Origin: Octopus vulgaris
Taxonomy: Eukaryota
Reading direction: 5' to 3'
NCBI GenBank assembly: GCA_951406725.2
Contig: OX597815.1
Location: forward strand, 125,054,001 to 125,118,000
DNA length: 64,000 nt
Part shown: positions 13,385 to 25,588 of the stretch, one piece after another
Layout of the letters: each line of letters starts with the position of its first letter
Numbering within the stretch: the first letter of the stretch is position 1
The notes under the pieces: model-generated
Told to the model about the DNA's origin: nothing
What the model saw: only the letters and a program-made list of their open reading frames with translations
The model's database searches: none
Position numbers and translations under genes: made by a program

Positions 13385-14545
13385 TGTTGTGTGTGTATAC
13401 ACTTCCCACACCTACCCTATATGTACGCACGCATACGCACACACACAATGTGAACCCACAAACTAGTAATTACCATCTTTACACCTTTAGCTATTGGGTA
13501 CTGAATGGATGATAGCAATACCCTGAATGTGATAACACTACAGATTTTATTGAGTATTATAATTGAAATATAACCAATAAACAATTCAGTTGAGGAAGCC
13601 TAACCTTGTAGCAAACACTTTTCTAAGTTGACGAGAAAGTAAAAGTGAAGCTGACTGCATTAACTACCACTTTAATGGAGAAATATTTATTAACCCTAGT
13701 GAGATTTGAATTTAGAACATCAGTCACAAAATCAGAAGCTGTGAATTATCAGGCTTAAAGTAGGACAACTACAGTACTAAACATTAGCCCAAAAGTCATT
13801 TAGCATTCCATGATAATTAAAAAGAGCAAAGTACTTCATAAAAAAAAAAAAACAAACTATTATTATTATTTTTATTTTTTGTTTTGTATGTGTGAAAAGA
13901 TTAATGAGGTCATTATGCAAACAGAGAAAGTTGAGGTGCAGTTTGAATTGAATGCTGCTTAGGAAAGGCTGCAAAAAAATAAGCTGTTGAAACTGAATTG
14001 CACATACACACACACACACACATTTGTACCCATATACACATACTTATTTGTAATTGAGAAAACTATTTTAAAAATTATTATGTAATTTTTAGATACTGAA
14101 AACTTTTAAAATAGCCAAGTGAAATAACTAGATAAAATATTCTTTATTTTTTTCATGAAATACACTTATATCATGTGTTTTCATTCCACAGGCTATATAT
14201 GTCTAAAACTGCTGCCAAAGCAGAAACCAGTGAAAAGGAATTTAATGGAATTCAATTTTAAAAGTTGAAAAAATTTCTAAACACTGACCACCTTGCATTA
14301 TTTCTTTAATAAAAGAAAATAAAAACTATCATTACTATTTTTATTTCATATAATTATTTTTCATTGAAAATTATTTTACCCAAACAATTCTAATAATTGA
14401 ATATAATACTACCTTCCCCATACAACTTTATGTAATACATTTATAAACTTTTACTTTTCACTGATTATGAATATACATTTTATTTTACACTTTCTAGTTG
14501 CTCTTACAGAGAGATAAGCTAATTTGTTTAGAATATGTCTTATTT

Positions 14546-14734
14546 CAGTTCTATATTAAAGAGATGAGGAATTATGTACATTATTTACATTTGACAGATA
14601 TTTGTCCTCATCTTGTTTGTTATTAACACAATATTTCGGCTGATATACCCTCCAGCCTTCATCAAGTGCCTTGGGGGAAATTTCAAACCTGGGTTCTCAT
14701 TCCTAAGATATTTTTCAATCTTCTTCTTCTTCTT

Positions 14735-14780
<46 letters not shown>

Positions 14781-14953
14781 TCACTGCTTGGAATCGAACT
14801 TGGAATCTTGGGGTTAGTAGCCAGCGCTCTTAACCACTATTACCCCTTATGCCCAGGTTTGAAAGACACCTGATGAAGGCTGGAGGGTATATCAGCCAAA
14901 ACATGTTAACAACAAACAAGATGAGGACAAATATCCATCAAATGTAAATAATG
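14546..14953. mobile_element. Palindromic tRNA-SINE/hammerhead element (family H1), copy 1
   Basis: Left arm (minus) has tRNA head, (TTA/TTC)n and tail. Right arm (plus) is 5'-truncated. 12-bp TSD tatgtcttattt at 14534-14545 and 14954-14965. Confidence 0.9.
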
Positions 14954-15418
14954 TATGTCTTATTTATCGTCAACAATCAGTATTATAAGGGATCACCAAC
15001 AAACTAGGGGTACAGTTTGACTTGGTGCATGGGACATTACATCATCTCTATAGACAACGCTCAGACATCAGCATCAACATTCTATGTCTGTTTTTCTGTG
15101 GTTGGTTGGATTGGATGGGTCTTGTCACATACTAGAAACAAACAAAACAAAACAAAAAACAGCCAGATCTCTTGTTGCATGTGTTTTACAGTGTTGTCTA
15201 AATGCATTCTAATTGTACCACAGACACATAAGGGGGTGTCCTATGAGGTGAGAACTGACTAATCTCTGCTACCCTGTATCAATTCTTATTTTAGGGCTAC
15301 TGAAGTTACTCATAGATATGAACTGTAATGTGGCTTGTGAAATTCATAACTTGCTCATATATCCTCCCTAACATCAATCACTTTACAGAGTGTATAATAG
15401 GTGTATTTCATTATTCCT

Positions 15419-15627
15419 AAGGTGGTGAGCTGGCAGAATCATTAATGTGCTGGACGAAATACTTAGCGGTATTTTATATATCACTACATTCAAATTCCAC
15501 CGAGGTCGACTTTGCCTTTCATCCTTTTGGGGTCAATAAATTAAGTACCAGTTACGGACTGCGGTTGATCTAATTGACTAGCCCCGTTCCCCAAAATTTC
15601 AGGCCCTGTGCCTTTAGTAGAAAGGAT
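15419..15627 (+). mobile_element. tRNA-derived SINE, family A
   Basis: aaggtggtgagctggcagaatc head, gtcgactttgcctttcatcc core, ctgtgcctttagtagaaaggat tail. Confidence 0.9.
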
Positions 15628-15894
15628 TTTATCATTCCTTCTGGCTAAATAGAATTGGGAAGAAATTACTGTGTTCCTAGAGGAAAAATGCTAGAGCAAA
15701 AATGATACAGTAAACACAAATGCCCAACAGTAAACACTTTTATATAACATTTAATCCCAAAACAACATGTAAACTTCAGAGATAACAGTGATAATGAATA
15801 GATCTACTTGAATAATTACAAATATCACTGAATGACTGCAACAAAGTCTTGAAGAAATTCTGAGCAGTTTGAATGATAAACGAAAGAGAAAGGT

Positions 15895-16140
15895 ACAGGC
15901 ATGGCTGGGTAGTTAAGAAGTTCGCTTCCTCACCACTTTTGGGATTCAGTCTAATTTTGTGTCATCTTGGGTGAATGTTATCTACTGTAGTCCCAGGCTG
16001 ACTAAAATCTTGTGAGAGGATTTAGTACATGGAAAGTGAAAGTGTGTGTGTGTGTGTGTGTATGTGTGTGCGTGCATGCACATGTATGTGAGTGTATTTC
16101 GTAGATGGAAACTGAAAGAAGCCTGTCGTATATATATATA
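15895..16140 (+). mobile_element. tRNA-derived SINE family B, 5' half (split by LINE)
   Basis: Head aggcatggctgggtagttaagaag...cttgggtgaatgt...gatggaaactgaaagaagcc. The family 3' half resumes at about 19600. Confidence 0.8.
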
Positions 16141-19100
16141 TCATCACCATCATTTAATGTCCATTATCTATGCTGGCATGTGTTGGACAGTTTGACTGGG
16201 CTGGCACGCAGGAAGGCTGCACCAGATTCCAGTCTGATTTGGCATGGTTTTCTACGGTTGGATGCCCTTCCTAACATCAACCACTCTGAGAATGTAATGG
16301 GTGCTTTTATTTGCCACTAGTATGGGTGCTATTTGTGTGACACCAGGGTGCATTTACATGCCAACTTGCATGACACCGGTATCTGCCATAACTGCAATTT
16401 TGCTCGGCTTGATGGGTCTTCTTCTCAAGCATGACATAATGCCAAAGGTCTTGGTCATTACCTCTGTGAGGCCCAAAACGCAAGAGGGACTCAGCCACTT
16501 TGCCTCTGTGAGCCCAACATTCAAAAGATGTTCTTTACGTGCCACCAGCATGGGTGCACTTGGCTTGAGTTCTCTCAAGCACAGCACATCACCAAAGGTC
16601 TCAGTCATTTGTCATTGCCTTTCTGAGGCTCAAAGTTCAAAGAACATGCTTCATCATCTCACCCCATGTCTTCCTGGGTCTACCCAGGTTTCCTCCACAG
16701 TTAGAGATCTTTACACAGCTGTTCTCATCCATATGCATCACATGACCATACCAGCATAGTTGTCTCTCTTGCACATCACATGTGATGCCTCTTATGCCTA
16801 ACTTTTTTCTGAAGATGCTTATACTGTCAAACATGAACACTGACATTGCACATCCAGCATACTCACTTCATTTCTCTCAAGTCCGTGCATGTCCTCAGCT
16901 GTTACAGCCCATGCTTCACTGCCATACAGCATAGCTGTACTCACACAGGCATCAAACAATCAGCCTTCAACTCTGAGAGAGAGGCCCTTTGTTGCCAGCA
17001 GGGGTAGGAGCTCTCTGAAATTTACCCAACCTAATCTTATTCTCACAGCCATGCTCTTGGAGCATCCACCTCAACTACTAACCTGGTCACCTAGAAAACA
17101 GAAGCTATCTACTACCTCTAGCTTGCTCCCATAGCAGTTAATGGAGTTTATTTTCAGTGTTTATTGTACCTGTGCAACTTCCAAATACAAAAGTTAGTTT
17201 CTCTGATGTTGCTGCACCTTTTATGTGTCCAAAGCTTACACTGGGTACACCTTATGAAGTTTCTACCTACACCTTTTCTACAGATTGAGTAGGGCTATCT
17301 ACCTGGAGGGATTTGTGATTTGTCTGCCTTCCTACTTATTAGGACTTTGGTTTTAGCTAGGTTGACTCTAAGGCCATTTGATTCTAGACCTTGCTTCTAT
17401 ACTTGGAACATCTTCTATAGTTTAGGTAGTGATTCAGCTATAAGAGCAAGGTCATCAGCATAGAGAAGTTCTCAGGGGCAGCCTGTCTTAAATAATTCTG
17501 TTGTTACCAAGAGAAATATGATGAACAAGAGGGAGCTGAGCACTGATCCCTGGTGAATCCCTACTTGTACTCCGATTTCTTCACTGTATTTGTTGCCAAC
17601 CCTCACCTTACTGGTAGCGTCCCTGTACAAGGCTTGTACAGCTCTTACCAACCACTCATCTATCCCTAGTTTCTGCATTGACCTCCAGATAATGGATCAG
17701 AAGACTCTGTCAAAAGCTTTCTCCAAGTCAACAAAAGCCAAGTACAGAAGTTTATCTTTGGCTTGGTATTTCTCCTGCAGTTGCCTTACCAGAAATATAG
17801 TATCAATGGTGCAACTGCATCTCATCTAGGCTAACTCTCTCTTTAATTAGTTGGGCTATGACCCTCTCCCTAACTTTCATACCTCTGTAATTATTTCTAT
17901 CAGAGGCATAACTTTTACCTTTGTAGCAGTTGACTATGGTGCTGCTACACCATCATTGGGTATGACTCCTTCATGAACCCCCTGATTTACAATATGAGTG
18001 ACTAGACCATAACCCACACCACCAGATATTTTAAGCATCTCAGCGTTGATTCTTGATGGGTTGGAGGATTTCTCTGTCTTCATATCCTTAATTACTTTAT
18101 CTACCAGCGCACTGTAGATTAGGGTAGTTGGTCCCTTAATTGGGTCATCATTTGACTGACTCTCCTCCTCCCATTCGTTCTCAATATTCCGCAGTCTTTC
18201 ATATTGACATCTCCAAGCCTCTTTCTTTGCAGAATCATTAAAAGCAGGTGCACCATCATCCATGCAAACACATTTCTCTCCTGTAACATCACAATTTTCT
18301 CTCACACACTGTCTTGTAATCTGAAATACTTCAGTTCTTTGGTCCTCATGATGCTGAACATAGGCAAACTTCTTTTCTGCTTTTCCCTTGGCTGATATAC
18401 TTGTCTCGTAACTTCCCTTTTGGCTATCTGATATAGTTCCCTACTGCCCCCACTCTTCAAGTTTCTTTGCTCTAATGGCCCTGTCTACAGTATCATTCCA
18501 CCACCACATTACCCTAGGTCTGAAAGGGACTTTGCACCTGCCACAGATTTGGTCTGTGGCACTCAGCAAGCTGTCCCACAGGAATTCTCAGTTGCTCTCT
18601 ATGTCACAAGATTGTAGCTCCTCCTCCCTCTCATCAAATTTCTGAATTAGGATGTCCCTAAATCTCTGACAATATGAAGGGTCCTTAAGCTTCCAAATCC
18701 TTCTTTTCCAGATTGGTCTGCTTCTCAACACCCTTCTGACCTGGAGTCTAAAGTCACTAATGACTAGTCTATGTTGGTGAGGCACATTCTTCACCAGAGA
18801 GGGTCTTTATATTTAAAAGCAACTGTCTGGTTAAAATGAAATCAATCTGGCTAGCAGAGTCACTTGATTGATAGGTTATCAGGTTGTTGGCTGGCTTCCT
18901 GAAGTTGGTGTTGCAGATCAAAAGGTTATTTGCATCACAAAACTCCAGTAGCCTTGTTCCTGCTTTGTTTTGGGAAGCATTTCTATAGCCGCCATGAACA
19001 CCATGGAAGATACTAGGCAGCCGGCTGACATGCCCATTAAAATCCTCAGCCACGAAGATGAGATCACTGTCACTTGTCTTTGAAGAAGCTTGCAGAAGAA

Positions 19101-19560
19101 TATCATAAAAGTGTCCTTCTGTTCATTTGTTAGGCCTGTCTGTGGGGTGTAGGCAGATATAATTGTAGCTATGCTATTCTGCATGACTAGCCTAAGCTTA
19201 AGTACTGTTATCACACACTCTGACTACCTCTATGACCTTATCCACCCATTTCTCAGCAAGAAGTATGCCCACACCACCTACTCTGTCACTGTTACCTTCC
19301 CAGAAGATTTTATACCTATGTATCTTGCCTGTGAGGAACCGGGCTGAACCTCCTCTCCATCTAACCTCTTGGATGCAATACACATCAACATACCTCTCTT
19401 TAAGCATCTTTACAATCTCGTTAGATCTACATTTCAATGTGCCTACATTTACAGTGCCAACTCTGAAAACTGGGAAAGGGATGTAGGAGGGAACATGAGA
19501 TGTTATTCAGCACCTGAAAAGAATGTTTCCCCGATTGTTTGATAACAGACATGCCATAAC
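16141..19560 (-). mobile_element. Near full-length decayed RTE-clade LINE (APE endonuclease + reverse transcriptase)
   Basis: RVGTVNVGT, CIQEVRWRG, GGVGILL, SQIDFIL (APE); LAFVDLEKAFDRV, GIHQGSVLS, LLYADD at 17451-17462 (RT). Many stops and frameshifts. (GAT)n 3' tail at 16141. Confidence 0.95.
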
Positions 19561-19599
19561 AGTTTTTCTTGCTTTTAACTTATCATCATTCAAACATAT

Positions 19600-19810
19600 A
19601 TAAATGTATGTATTTGTGTGTCTGTGTTTGTACCCCATCATCACTTGACAACTGATGTTGGTGTGTTTACATCCCTATAACTTAGTGGTTTGGCAAAAGA
19701 GACTGATAGAATAACAACTAGGCTTACAAAGAGTAAGTCCCAATGTCGATTTATTTGACTATATACGGTGCTCCAGCAAGGCCACAGTCAAATGACAGAA
19801 ATAAGTAAAA

Positions 19811-19812
<2 letters not shown>
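19600..19812 (+). mobile_element. SINE family B, 3' half
   Basis: cacttgacaactgatgttggtgtgtttac...gcaaaagagactgatagaata...ccacagtcaaatgacagaaataagtaaaag. Confidence 0.85.
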
Positions 19813-19847
<35 letters not shown>

Positions 19848-19862
19848 CACACACACACACAC

Positions 19863-19960
19863 AAGAGCATAGGCTTGAAACATAAAAGACTTTTTCATTT
19901 TGCCTAAACATCAAACTAATACACCTGTCTTCATCTTTTGTTTCTCTATAAATTTAAACT
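19863..19960 (+). mobile_element. Family H2 fragment
   Basis: aagagcataggcttgaaacataaaagact...acacctgtcttcatcttttg matches 1137-1245. Confidence 0.7.
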
Positions 19961-19983
19961 ACATCTATCTATCTATCTATCTA

Positions 19984-20053
<70 letters not shown>

Positions 20054-20057
<4 letters not shown>

Positions 20058-20266
20058 GGAGTACTGAACAGTTCCTGGCTTTAAGGGCATCGCGAATGGC
20101 CTGATTGGAAGCTCAACCTTCTGAGTTCTTTTACAGGACTTAGAAAAACTGAAGTACTAGTGCAGTAAGTGTGTGAATCTGAGAGGGGAATATGCTAACT
20201 AAAATCATAATTAACTGGTCCTCCTGTATTTTCTTTTACCTAAAGCCAGGAACTTTGCAGCACCAC

Positions 20267-20270
<4 letters not shown>
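20054..20270 (+). mobile_element. Mariner MITE inserted in (TA)n
   Basis: TIRs tgagggagtactgaacagttcctggcttta / taaagccaggaactttgcagcaccacctca with TA flanks. Encodes QDLEKLKY*CSKCVNLRGEY. Confidence 0.9.
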
Positions 20271-20305
<35 letters not shown>

Positions 20306-20529
20306 GAAAGTAGATATTTTTGTTCTCCATTACACATGTTTCTCTTGCTGATAGGAAATAAAAAGATTTAGATGTTAGATAGAGGAATTTCTAATTAGAA
20401 ATTCATCAGACAGAGAAAAATTTGTAATACAACTGTGACTACATATTAACTGTAATAATGGTATAAGTAGATGTGCTTCAGGCAGAAACAGCTGGGATTT
20501 ACCCTGAGTACCTATAGACAAATAGATGG

Positions 20530-20834
20530 ATCGGTGGCACATAAAAAGCACCATCCGTTCGTGGCTGTTGCCAGCCTCGCCTGGCCCCCATGCTGGTGGC
20601 ACGTAAAAAGCACCATCCGATCGTGGCCGTTTGCCAGCCTCGTCTGGCACCTGTGCCGGTGGCACGTAAAAAGCACCCACTACACTCACGGAGTGGTTGG
20701 CGTTAGGAAGGGCATCCAGCCGTAGAAACATTGCCAGATCAGACTGGGCCTGGTGCAGCCTTCTGGCTTCCCAGACCCCAGTTGAACCGTCCAACCCATG
20801 CTAGCATGGAAAGCGGACACTAAACGATGATGAT
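20530..20834 (+). mobile_element. Young RTE-tail element (family C: 5'-truncated LINE or RTE-dependent SINE)
   Basis: CpG-rich, three internal ggtggcacgtaaaaagcacc repeats, gttaggaagggcatccagcc motif shared with the 3' end of the 16141 LINE, (GAT)n tail. Confidence 0.88.
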
Positions 20835-21311
20835 GTATGTATGCATATGTGTACAATGTATGTGTGTCCAACCCATTGCTATGACATCATGTAATAATTG
20901 TAAATGAGTGTCATTATCATACAACTGGTGTTGCATGTTTCCATTCTTTCCATGAAAACATATGGCCATTAGGAAATACTAACTTGCTTGGAAACAGGGG
21001 AGGAACTGATAACAGGAAGGGCATCCAGCCATAAAAATCTACTTCAATGGATTCCAACTGACCCATGCAAGCATGGAAGAATGGACATTAAATGATGATG
21101 ATGATGAAAGATAGAAACATAGAATTATATCTTAAGGGACTTGACCTCTCCTACTTGCTATGTACTAGGATAAACAAATTTATAAAAGCCATGTGTTACA
21201 TCTACATTTTACATTGAGATTTTTCTTGTTTAGCCCTGCATCAGCCTTGATCAATCAAACCCATAAAAAAGCATCCCAGTCATGAACATTCATTCATTTT
21301 ATATCAGATAT

Positions 21312-22027
21312 AGGAGCAGGCATGGCAGTGTGATAAGAAGATCACCTCCCAACCACATGGTTCTGAGTTCAGTCCCACTGTGTAACACCTTGGGCAAGTG
21401 TCTTTCATTATAGCCTTGGACCTAGTGAGTGGATTTGGTAAACAGAAACTGAAAAAACCCTCTCTGTGTATGTGAATAAATGTGCGTGTGTGTAGTGTTT
21501 GAAGTGGTGTACAGTTATTGTATATTAAAAACAAGAGGGCAGTCAGAATTTTGGCTAATACTTTATTAGTGCTTTCATTCATTTAACCGAATTCTTCAAG
21601 AAAAATTGAACAAAAATAATTATTTTGGTTCCATTTTTCTTGAACTTGGTTAAATGAATGAAAGTGCTAATAAAAAATAATCCAAAATTCTGACAGCTTC
21701 CTTTTTCTGAATATACACACACACATATGTGTGTGTGTGTTTTTGTGTATGTTTGTCCTTCCACCACTATCACTTAACAGCTGGTGTTGATCTGTTTATA
21801 TCTGTAACTTAGCAGATTGTCAAAAGAGACTGATAGAGACATCAAACACTACACATACACACATTTATTCATACACACAGAGAGGACTTTTTCAATTTCT
21901 GTTTACCAAATCCACACCAGGCTTAAAAAAAAAATCAAGTACAAGAGTTGATTTGTTTGACTAACCCTTTTAAGGCAGTGCCCCAGTATGGCCACAGTCC
22001 AATGACTGAAACAAGTAAAAAATTAAA
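21312..22027 (+). mobile_element. SINE family B interrupted by a palindrome and an inverted self-copy
   Basis: Head 21312-21460, tail 21745-22027. Insertions at 21520-21716 and 21842-21915. Confidence 0.8.
21520..21716. repeat. About 197-bp imperfect palindrome (fold-back/MITE-like)
   Basis: tttcattcatttaacc / ggttaaatgaatgaaa; gtcagaattttgg / ccaaaattctgac; centre aataattatt at 21615-21624. Confidence 0.9.
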
Positions 22028-23888
22028 AAGTATATCTTGAGTCATATTGATTCCTTCTGTTTTTTTTTTTCTTTTTAAATATTTTGTATGGTGTGATTTG
22101 AGTAAGATCTTGCTGCTATTTCCAACAGTGTTGTGTTTATTTATGAGTTTTATCAGCTCAGAATCAGATATTTTAAGACAAGTTAAACACTCAGTATTTG
22201 GTCTGTAATTATTAGTGAAATGCAGCATACAGTTTCAGTAGATTATTATCTATTGCTTCTATAATGATTATTAAAATTTTATACAATAAAAGCTTTGTAG
22301 TTTTATACTACACAGGGGTTGGAGTTAGCACTATTAAGGGAGATTCATGTGATGAAGGAAAGGGATCAGTATTAGCAGCTGCCACACTCTTTCTGGTCCT
22401 TTTTAAGTTAGAAGACAATGAGGAGAAATAAACATAAAACAAAGCAAAAAAAAATAAATAAATAAAAGACCTTCCCCCACAATGAATCATGGCCCAGGGC
22501 TGGATGAAAATCAACATAGTTCCTTCTCAATTATTTAGGTCAGTCTTCAGTCACAATGCTGACAACCACATCTCTGGAGGTGGAACAATAAACCAGCTAT
22601 TTTTAAAATGAACAGAATAGAAAAGTGGGGACAGCAGGAAAGAGGGAGAGGAAAATATTGGGGGAGGAGCAGACACAGGGTGGGAAAACAAAGTGATAGT
22701 CATCGGTGGGGAGAGGGTGATTATTAAGGGAAGTGCAGACAGAGGGGTGGAGGATTAAAGTGACAGTGGCAGGGGAGCTTGATGTTAGAAGCAGAGAAAG
22801 TAGTGAATTGAAATTTGCTGGGAGGTTTGAAAAAAAATCTACATAAAAAAGTTCAGATAAATACAAATATAAAAAATAAAAGATACAAAGGGAGCAAAAG
22901 AACAAGTAAAAAATACAATTTGGGATTATATGAAATATAATGAAAGAAATATAAAAAAAAGAAAAAAAAGAAATAAAACATGATTAGGATTTTTCAATGA
23001 AATTTCTTCTTGAAATTCTGTTAATATTTAAAATAACATGAAAAGATCGCCTGCAGTTAATAACCATTGAGAGAAATACCTCTGGACATGACTAACTAAC
23101 AGTATAATTACATTGAATATTAGACATTCATATCTATTTACTATAGAATGCCAAATATGTAGTAACTGTACTGAAACTCAGTTGAAAGAGAATCATAGTA
23201 AACGGTGACTATGATGAGCTCTATCAGAACACAGTGTTTGTTACAGAAATAATCTATATTTAATTGTAACATATTTACTGGGACACAAAATGAGTTTTAT
23301 AACGATAATTGTTTCTTTAACTCTGAAATATCTTCCCCCAAAAGTCAACTCTGTCACTTAATTGTGTTCATTTATTTACTAAAAAATGGAATTAGATAGC
23401 ACACACCCCTTTCATTCTACAATTAATTTAGAAAGTGTCTTATATACATCATATACAAATATACACACACATGCACACACACACACAAGGATTATTTATG
23501 AACAAAAATTTTGTCATTCGTAACAACTATTAGTCAATTCTTTGTTTTATCAGTATTAATCTTTTATGACATTAATACACACATAATCACTCACAAACAT
23601 GCAATCACTCACACAACCACTTATACAAAGACAGACACCCCACTTAGGATGAAATGATTATGAGGAAGTTCTACTTGTGTGCATGTGTCTCTTATAATGC
23701 AATGCATACCAGGCACAAATACAAAACTTTCAATAACTCTCTAGTGTTATATTTGATACGCTGTGTCATCCAACACCTTGACATCATTGTTGAAGAATGA
23801 CACGTTAAAAAGACAAAACTGCCACTCTATGACAAGCATCTAGGGGTTCTTACAGTGCTGGCATGAGTCAGGGACATCAAGTACTCAC

Positions 23889-24092
23889 ATCGTAAAGTAG
23901 ACCCCAGTGAGCATCTCTATAAGCAGCGGAGATGAAACGGGTATTCGAACTTCCGGACTGTGAACACTGCTGTTCTTCAAGTCGGATTTTGTATTGAAAC
24001 TGTCTGAAGATTTCGCACAACTGCTTATCATGCTTCCATCAATCTTATCAGTATCTGGGAAGCTTAATCTACTGAAGCCGTTCGTTGCAATC
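23889..24092 (-). CDS. Internal coding exon (204 nt, phase 2-2) of an unidentified gene
   Basis: Acceptor tttctctttcag|G, donor AT|gtgagt. Only one open frame (IATNGFSRLSFPDTDKIDGSMISSCAKSSDSFNTKSDLKNSSVHSPEVRIPVSSPLLIEMLTGVYFT). CpG-rich relative to flanks. Confidence 0.8.
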
Positions 24093-24186
24093 CTGAAAGA
24101 GAAATTCAAAAACAACATATATCAGTGTAGTTGGTCATGATAATTAAAATGACACACTGGCAATACTTTATATTCGGATCAGAAAA

Positions 24187-24337
24187 TTCTTCTAGATTTT
24201 GGCACAAGGCCAGCAATTTTGAGGGGAGGGGTTAAGTCAATTACACTGGCTCCAGTGTTCAACTGATACTTATTTTATCAACCCCAAAAGAATGAAAGGC
24301 AAAGCTGACCTTGGCAGAATTTGGAATCAGAACGTAA
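24187..24337 (-). mobile_element. SINE family A, partial
   Basis: ggcacaaggcc...acttattttatcaaccccaaaagaatgaaaggcaaag. Confidence 0.85.
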
Positions 24338-24462
24338 TTCTACCAGAACACTATTCTATCAGATCACCTTCTTATTCTGGTAATAGAGTAAAAGTTAATT
24401 TTTAATTCAAGACTCTCTATTTCAGTTTACAAAAGACCCTTGTCAGGAACATCAAACATTAA

Positions 24463-24725
24463 AGCACCCATGTTGATGCCACATAAAAGCACCCATGTAC
24501 AAAGCACTTGTGCTAGTGCCACATAGAAATCAGCCATGGTGGGACCACATAAAAAGCAACCATTACACTCTGTAAAGTGGTTAGAGTCAGGAAGGGCATT
24601 CAGCTGTAGAAACCATGCCAAAACAGACAATTGGAGCCTGAGCAGCTCTCCAGCTGGCCAGCTCTAGTCAAACCATCCAAGCCATGCCAGCATGGAAGAC
24701 AGACATTAGATTATGATGATGATGA
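24463..24725 (+). mobile_element. Family C RTE-tail element
   Basis: gccacataaaagcacc repeats, aggaagggcattcagctgtagaaacc, (GAT)n tail. Confidence 0.8.
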
Positions 24726-25492
24726 CAAGTTTATTAACAATTGGGACTTATATTATTAAGCTTTAAAGTAATTTTTTCAAATTTAGGCAGAAAGTTAGCA
24801 ATTTCAAGATGTGTAATTAGATACCATTAACTCTAGTACTTGTATGGTACTTTATTCTATCAACTCCAGAGAGATAAATTGCGAAGTTGATTTCAACAGG
24901 ATTTGAACTCAGAATGTAGACAGCCAAATGAAATACTGCAAGGCATTTTGTTCAACACTTTAACAATCATGCCAATATCCCACCTGATGTATTTTATATG
25001 AAATACAAATAATAATTAAACTTGCATCACAGAACAAAGTGAGTAGTGAGAGGAGAGCTCATTCCAAGATGCATACCTAATAGATCTCTCATCATTATTG
25101 ATGTTCAAGAGAAGGCATGTATTTAGAGTATAGGATGTTAGCTCATGACCATAAGATTATAAGGTTCCATTCCTAGACTGGGTGGAGCATGGTACCCTTG
25201 AGTAAGGCACTTCATCTCACACTGCACTAATCTACTCAATGAAAATGAATAGTAGCCAAGGGCTGGGGCAGACCTCCCACCTCCAGCTCCCACAACTTTG
25301 ATATCTGCTGGGGTAAAGACTGTGAGTGCTGGGAAGATGGCTATGTCTAGCTGCAACTACATGGGTATCTAAAACAATTAGTGAAAAAATATGCTACAAA
25401 GTCCAACTCACTTTTGAATGGATTTTTTTTAAATTTTTTTTTTTATATCTGATCAATGAGATTAGGAAGAAACTGTTTCAGTAATGACATAC

Positions 25493-25588
25493 CTTTGACA
25501 TGTGTCACAGAGGGACTGATGTGACTGAGGAGACATGGAAGCAATATCTGCATTGTAACACTGCATCACATAGGTCAGTATTTCCTGC
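25493..25588 (-). CDS. Coding exon (96 nt, phase 2-2) upstream of 23889-24092
   Basis: Long polypyrimidine tract ending cctcag|G, donor AAG|gtatgt. The single open frame QEILTYVMQCYNADIASMSPQSHQSLCDTCQ joins the next exon in frame (AG|G = Arg). Confidence 0.75.

Noticed and set aside
16141-19560. Active LINE or domesticated RT/endonuclease gene
   Set aside because: Numerous stops, frameshifts and deletions across both domains.
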